64,000 nt of DNA, taken from the IMG/VR virus record IMGVR_UViG_3300046167_000801; one strand, 5' to 3'. A model generated the notes under the pieces. It was not told the origin of the DNA. It ran no database searches and saw nothing but the letters and a program-made list of their open reading frames with translations. This DNA is from a virus (lineage: Duplodnaviria > Caudoviricetes). Positions 61,001-64,000 of this stretch are shown piece by piece; positions within the stretch are counted from its first letter, which is position 1; each line of letters begins with the position of its first letter. The translations under genes were made by a program, and so were the position numbers.

Positions 61001-64000
61001 TACATACGACACACAATTATATATTGCAAACCCTGGTGATCCATACGGTGATGCATACATACCCGCAGATTTAGATTGTTTAGATTTAAGTACGTTTGAT
61101 TTCTTTTGGGAATCAACATATCTAACAGGTACTACACAATGTGACCCTAAGGTTAAGGTTTACGGTCCTAATACTTTCTACACATTACCAGAGGATGAGG
61201 ACGATTGTATCTTAATGGAGGATGTATATTTTGAAGTATCAGGAGTTACATTTGGTAATGAAGATACTGTAGATGATGGAGATCCATGTACCGATTGTCC
61301 ACCATATAATACATCGTGGCCGTTAAACATATTCATAGATTGTGTGGGTGGATATAACGAATCAATTAGTGGTCATACATATACGGTTAATCATGTTTCG
61401 GGATGTACGTTTGTCGTTAACAATGTTAGAGAAAATGATATCATTGATATATCAATAACAGACGCTGCGAATTGTGATCAAAAAATAAGAATAGAGGGAT
61501 TACAACAAAAATTTGAATGGGACCCTGTAGATGGTGATGATGTGACTACATCAAGAAGTCATTATTTACAATACTCATTTGATACTTACGATGATGGGGA
61601 TGACCCCGATAGTAGTGACCCCCTTAATAGTCAATCGGGTATTACTTTCTGTGATAACTATTCAGGATATACTCTACAACCTATTGTACAATATAGACCT
61701 ACGTTTGATTATGGTCTAAGACAAAATACTAAAGTTATAAAAGTAAATAATGGTGTTATACTTGACGAAAATACAACTTGGGATCAAATACAAACCTATT
61801 TAGATGATAATACTTTAGAAAAAATAAACATTGAAAATGTTGTAATAGGTGATCAATTACTTTCAGGGGTATATAAAGATTGTCCTTTCTCATCTCAAGA
61901 CTATAACGATGCGGTTATTAGTGGATATTCGTTCTCTTATGATTACAAGGTCGTAACGGTTGAAAATAAAGACTGTTTAGGTTCCACAAAAATTAACAAG
62001 ATAAATGAGAGATTTAGTTTTTTACCTAACACTAGATTATGGGTAATGACTAAAACAATGGAAGATGGAAGTCAGGGTGATAATTGGAGATTCACTGAAA
62101 AGTATCCTGAAGAATTATACCCAAGACCTGATGACCCTATTGATCCTTGTTGTAGTTACCAAGTTGGTTACTATGAAAGTGGAGATTATATATTTAATGA
62201 ACATGGTTTCCCTATAGAAGTACTAAAAGTCGATTTAGATTATTGTGTTAGAGATTTATTTTACCATTTAAATGTTAGTCCAACATCAGTTTACGATGTT
62301 TCAACTAACTGTTCTGAAGTTATTCTTTTCAATGGAGACTCCGAAGATTGTGTATTAGTTGGACATGACGAACAGAAGTTCGAAAACATGGACATGAAAA
62401 TGCAACAATACTTCCAAGATAAGTTAGATTGTTCTGACATGCCGGATATAGATGACATTGAAAGAGATTTAACAGGATTAGATGATTGTGATACATTAAA
62501 TGCGTTTAAACTTAAACACTTTGATACGGGAGAAATAAGATATACCGCAATAAACGAAGATTTTAATATAGGTGATGCGGTAAATATTGAATTCATTAAC
62601 AGTGGATCTCAAAATGAAGAAATTAACCTAATTCAAAAATTATCACCAGGTCAAAATTGTTGGATTGTAATATCTAAAGTCTATGCCAATGTTATTGAAT
62701 ATATGGTATCGGGTCCATGTGATGATGTTAGACGACCAGGTCCATCGGCAACACCAACAAGTACTCCGACTCCCACACCTACACCTACTAATAGTCCAAC
62801 CCCTACACCTACTAGTAGTCCTACACCAACAAGTACAGAAACTCCTACCCCTACACCTACTATTAGTCCTACACCTACGGATACTCCAGTACCAACTAGT
62901 ACTGAAACACCTACACCTACACCTACGGACACACCAATACCTACGAGTACGGAGACACCAACACCTACACCCACACCAAATTGTGACTTTGACATAGATG
63001 TGGATTTGACAACTCCTACTCCTACACCTACTCCTACACCAACTATCGACTGTGATTTTGATATTGATGTGGATTTGACAACTCCAACTCCTACACCAAC
63101 AAATACATCGACACCTACACCAACTCCTACACCGAATTGTGATTTTGATATTGATGTAGATTTAACTACACCCACACCAACACCTAGCCCAACAAGTACA
63201 CTAACCCCAACACCAACTATCGACTGTGACTTTGATATTGATGTAGATTTAACTACACCCACACCTACACCAAGTCCTACACCTACATTAGATTGTGACT
63301 TTGATATTGATGTTGACTTAACTACACCAACACCCACACCAAGCCCAACAAGTAGTCCAACACCAACACCCACATTAGATTGTGATTTCGACATTGATGT
63401 AGATTTAGTAACTCCGACTCCAACAAGTACTAATATACCACCCACATCAACCCCAACACCTACTCCTACACCAAATTGTGATTTTGATGTGGACGTTGAT
63501 TTAGTGACACCAACACCTACACCAAGCCCTACAGAACCGATACCAACGAATGTCTCAAATCCAACACCAACCCCTACACCCACATTAGATTGTGATTTCG
63601 ACATTGATGTAGATTTGGTAACACCTACACCAACCTCAACTCCTACAAGTACTCCAACTCCAACGGAAAGTAGTACACCAACACCAACTCCATCACCTAC
63701 ACCTAACTGTGATTTCGACATTGATGTGGATTTGGTAACACCTACCCCAACTCCAACAAGTAGTCCTACACCAAGTCCTACAAGTAGTCCAACACCTACA
63801 CCCACACCAGATTGTGACTTCGATATAGATATTGATGTGGTAACTCCGACCCCCACACCATCACCAAGCCCAACAAGTACTAATACTCCTACATTTACTC
63901 CAACTCCAACAAGTACTAATACCCCAACACCGACTCCAACACCTAATTGTGATTTCGACATTGATGTAGATTTGGTAACACCTACTCCTACACCATCTCC
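58023..64000 (+). CDS. Very large baseplate wedge/tail protein (>1990 aa, partial) ending in PT and CDFDIDVDL repeats
   Basis: Absent from the ORF track because no stop is reached. Frame checked by hand at 58023, 59991, 61200, 62400 and 62760. Contains the gp7/P2-gpI-like motif [18 protein letters not shown], Cys-rich segments, then the repeat array. Confidence 0.75.
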   Translation, partial: MAKRKVPSQAASGRDTFNDNLIGNQITDGSSQLTATNFSIDKTIPQRDTKSFTSVPFSEFLTIDDLKEETEAPKTKSNRSVKKEGKVKFRQNKDAGSKTLFGSLNKRLSSSVNNIIEQFPAGFYIDKDTPISFSQYTAENITYDIKARTTTFKFEKSKIFNPLDIVLEKPSSNVSPEVSNEFKNFFENYSKYSLIIDEVEYEILTYSKAGTDGLITLKVKGKPFSGSTYSENFLIRPISNTVEEFFESLDDLEKLILDRESSPRYTAEFKLPKDSLDGSKTETVTTKITWPVFKDNWNIKIGGTEYLSYLESLKSIGDEIDQYKSNLISRFLTTASLNEFDTEDQRMSSMFQIYGSGFDSVKKFIDNIAYMRNVSYDKINNIPDVLLKNLSNTLGLDSVNLFDEKTFEDTLYSRIESQFEGNNLGMNMVEAEAEFYRRLVINLVRIYKSKGTRKSIEFFLRFIGAPEPLIKINEHVYKYDDVKKLSLDIDNDIYDLTQLEKTFTVGHIDLEDKTYSFIYQGITTTGTTTYQVDEYPIVLTGTTKYGDTQKIVSENNDVFFQKGAGWYEISLQHRSSTELDTENSNLLSNPKIIKTKNKDFTYGEDYFDLYRQFYGLDYGHELHNTIDNNKTELLSDTDSKTLNRKNIQIYLSSAQGIDYDVYRKSRDLEVSFGLKTLEPQTGFTFAEYMDNVLNEQIRNSHTVKYQKSYIQLEDVYWGYLEKVGTPYSFPTVNEFINRMSPHWVEIIEQFVPATTLWTGGNILENSRIGRSKHDYLKPCTIEQVEDNLYPKLGFEHSIEEDLEVYFLGDKDLFRGLTVVSGVTYVLKIVLMGEEYTASSPITLTGGQLFDPFISTSECTTINDVIFSGGETFDGSKHLPLLCDFKCNLNPDRDVLDPLWVNAVNSIFSQINEKYYTKTAYTGYDTISNHAGGEGYERITGNTETSDENQNIENGFNNQLSTNGENYGYENVPIVSHEIFTDSDGVQKIRITPFTYDTQLYIANPGDPYGDAYIPADLDCLDLSTFDFFWESTYLTGTTQCDPKVKVYGPNTFYTLPEDEDDCILMEDVYFEVSGVTFGNEDTVDDGDPCTDCPPYNTSWPLNIFIDCVGGYNESISGHTYTVNHVSGCTFVVNNVRENDIIDISITDAANCDQKIRIEGLQQKFEWDPVDGDDVTTSRSHYLQYSFDTYDDGDDPDSSDPLNSQSGITFCDNYSGYTLQPIVQYRPTFDYGLRQNTKVIKVNNGVILDENTTWDQIQTYLDDNTLEKINIENVVIGDQLLSGVYKDCPFSSQDYNDAVISGYSFSYDYKVVTVENKDCLGSTKINKINERFSFLPNTRLWVMTKTMEDGSQGDNWRFTEKYPEELYPRPDDPIDPCCSYQVGYYESGDYIFNEHGFPIEVLKVDLDYCVRDLFYHLNVSPTSVYDVSTNCSEVILFNGDSEDCVLVGHDEQKFENMDMKMQQYFQDKLDCSDMPDIDDIERDLTGLDDCDTLNAFKLKHFDTGEIRYTAINEDFNIGDAVNIEFINSGSQNEEINLIQKLSPGQNCWIVISKVYANVIEYMVSGPCDDVRRPGPSATPTSTPTPTPTPTNSPTPTPTSSPTPTSTETPTPTPTISPTPTDTPVPTSTETPTPTPTDTPIPTSTETPTPTPTPNCDFDIDVDLTTPTPTPTPTPTIDCDFDIDVDLTTPTPTPTNTSTPTPTPTPNCDFDIDVDLTTPTPTPSPTSTLTPTPTIDCDFDIDVDLTTPTPTPSPTPTLDCDFDIDVDLTTPTPTPSPTSSPTPTPTLDCDFDIDVDLVTPTPTSTNIPPTSTPTPTPTPNCDFDVDVDLVTPTPTPSPTEPIPTNVSNPTPTPTPTLDCDFDIDVDLVTPTPTSTPTSTPTPTESSTPTPTPSPTPNCDFDIDVDLVTPTPTPTSSPTPSPTSSPTPTPTPDCDFDIDIDVVTPTPTPSPSPTSTNTPTFTPTPTSTNTPTPTPTPNCDFDIDVDLVTPTPTPS
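62982..63975 (+). repeat. Eleven copies of a CDFD(I/V)D(V/I)D motif separated by PT spacers
   Basis: tgtga(c/t)tt(t/c)ga... units near 62982, 63051, 63138, 63225, 63294, 63381, 63477, 63591, 63708, 63813 and 63948. Confidence 0.9.

Noticed and set aside
62681-63961. 426-aa minus-strand ORF with KSTSMSKSQ repeats
   Set aside because: Reverse complement of the [11 protein letters not shown] array of the plus-strand gene starting at 58023.

Overview
AT-rich 64-kb segment of a large, T4-superfamily-like contractile-tailed phage (myovirus type), not a cellular chromosome. It contains a nearly complete neck/tail/baseplate module: gp13/14/15-like neck and terminator, sheath, tube, gp26/gp51-like chaperones, tape measure, tube initiator, gp53, hub, gp25, gp6 and further wedge genes. 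Replication genes are interleaved with it: family-B DNA polymerase, SNF2-type helicase, gp32-like SSB, RecA/UvsX, 5'-3' exonuclease, DnaB-like helicase and class Ia nrdB-nrdA. A Bacteroidota host is inferred from TTG-N20-TAnnTTT(G/T) promoters, A-rich starts lacking Shine-Dalgarno sites, and the RNR type. Several large virion-type proteins are modular, with globular domains (LamG-like, Calx-beta-like, a trypsin-fold protease, an 11x CDFDIDVDL repeat) joined by Pro/Thr mucin-like linkers. A sense-strand TATTTAT(A) motif precedes 16 structural or unknown genes and none of the replication genes. Four genes are split by a single extra C or G in a short run, most likely sequencing error. A fifth frame change, at TTTTTTC before the tape measure gene, looks like a genuine tail-chaperone frameshift. 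No tRNA, rRNA, CRISPR array, integrase or transposase was recognised. All family calls come from motif recognition and synteny, not database searches.
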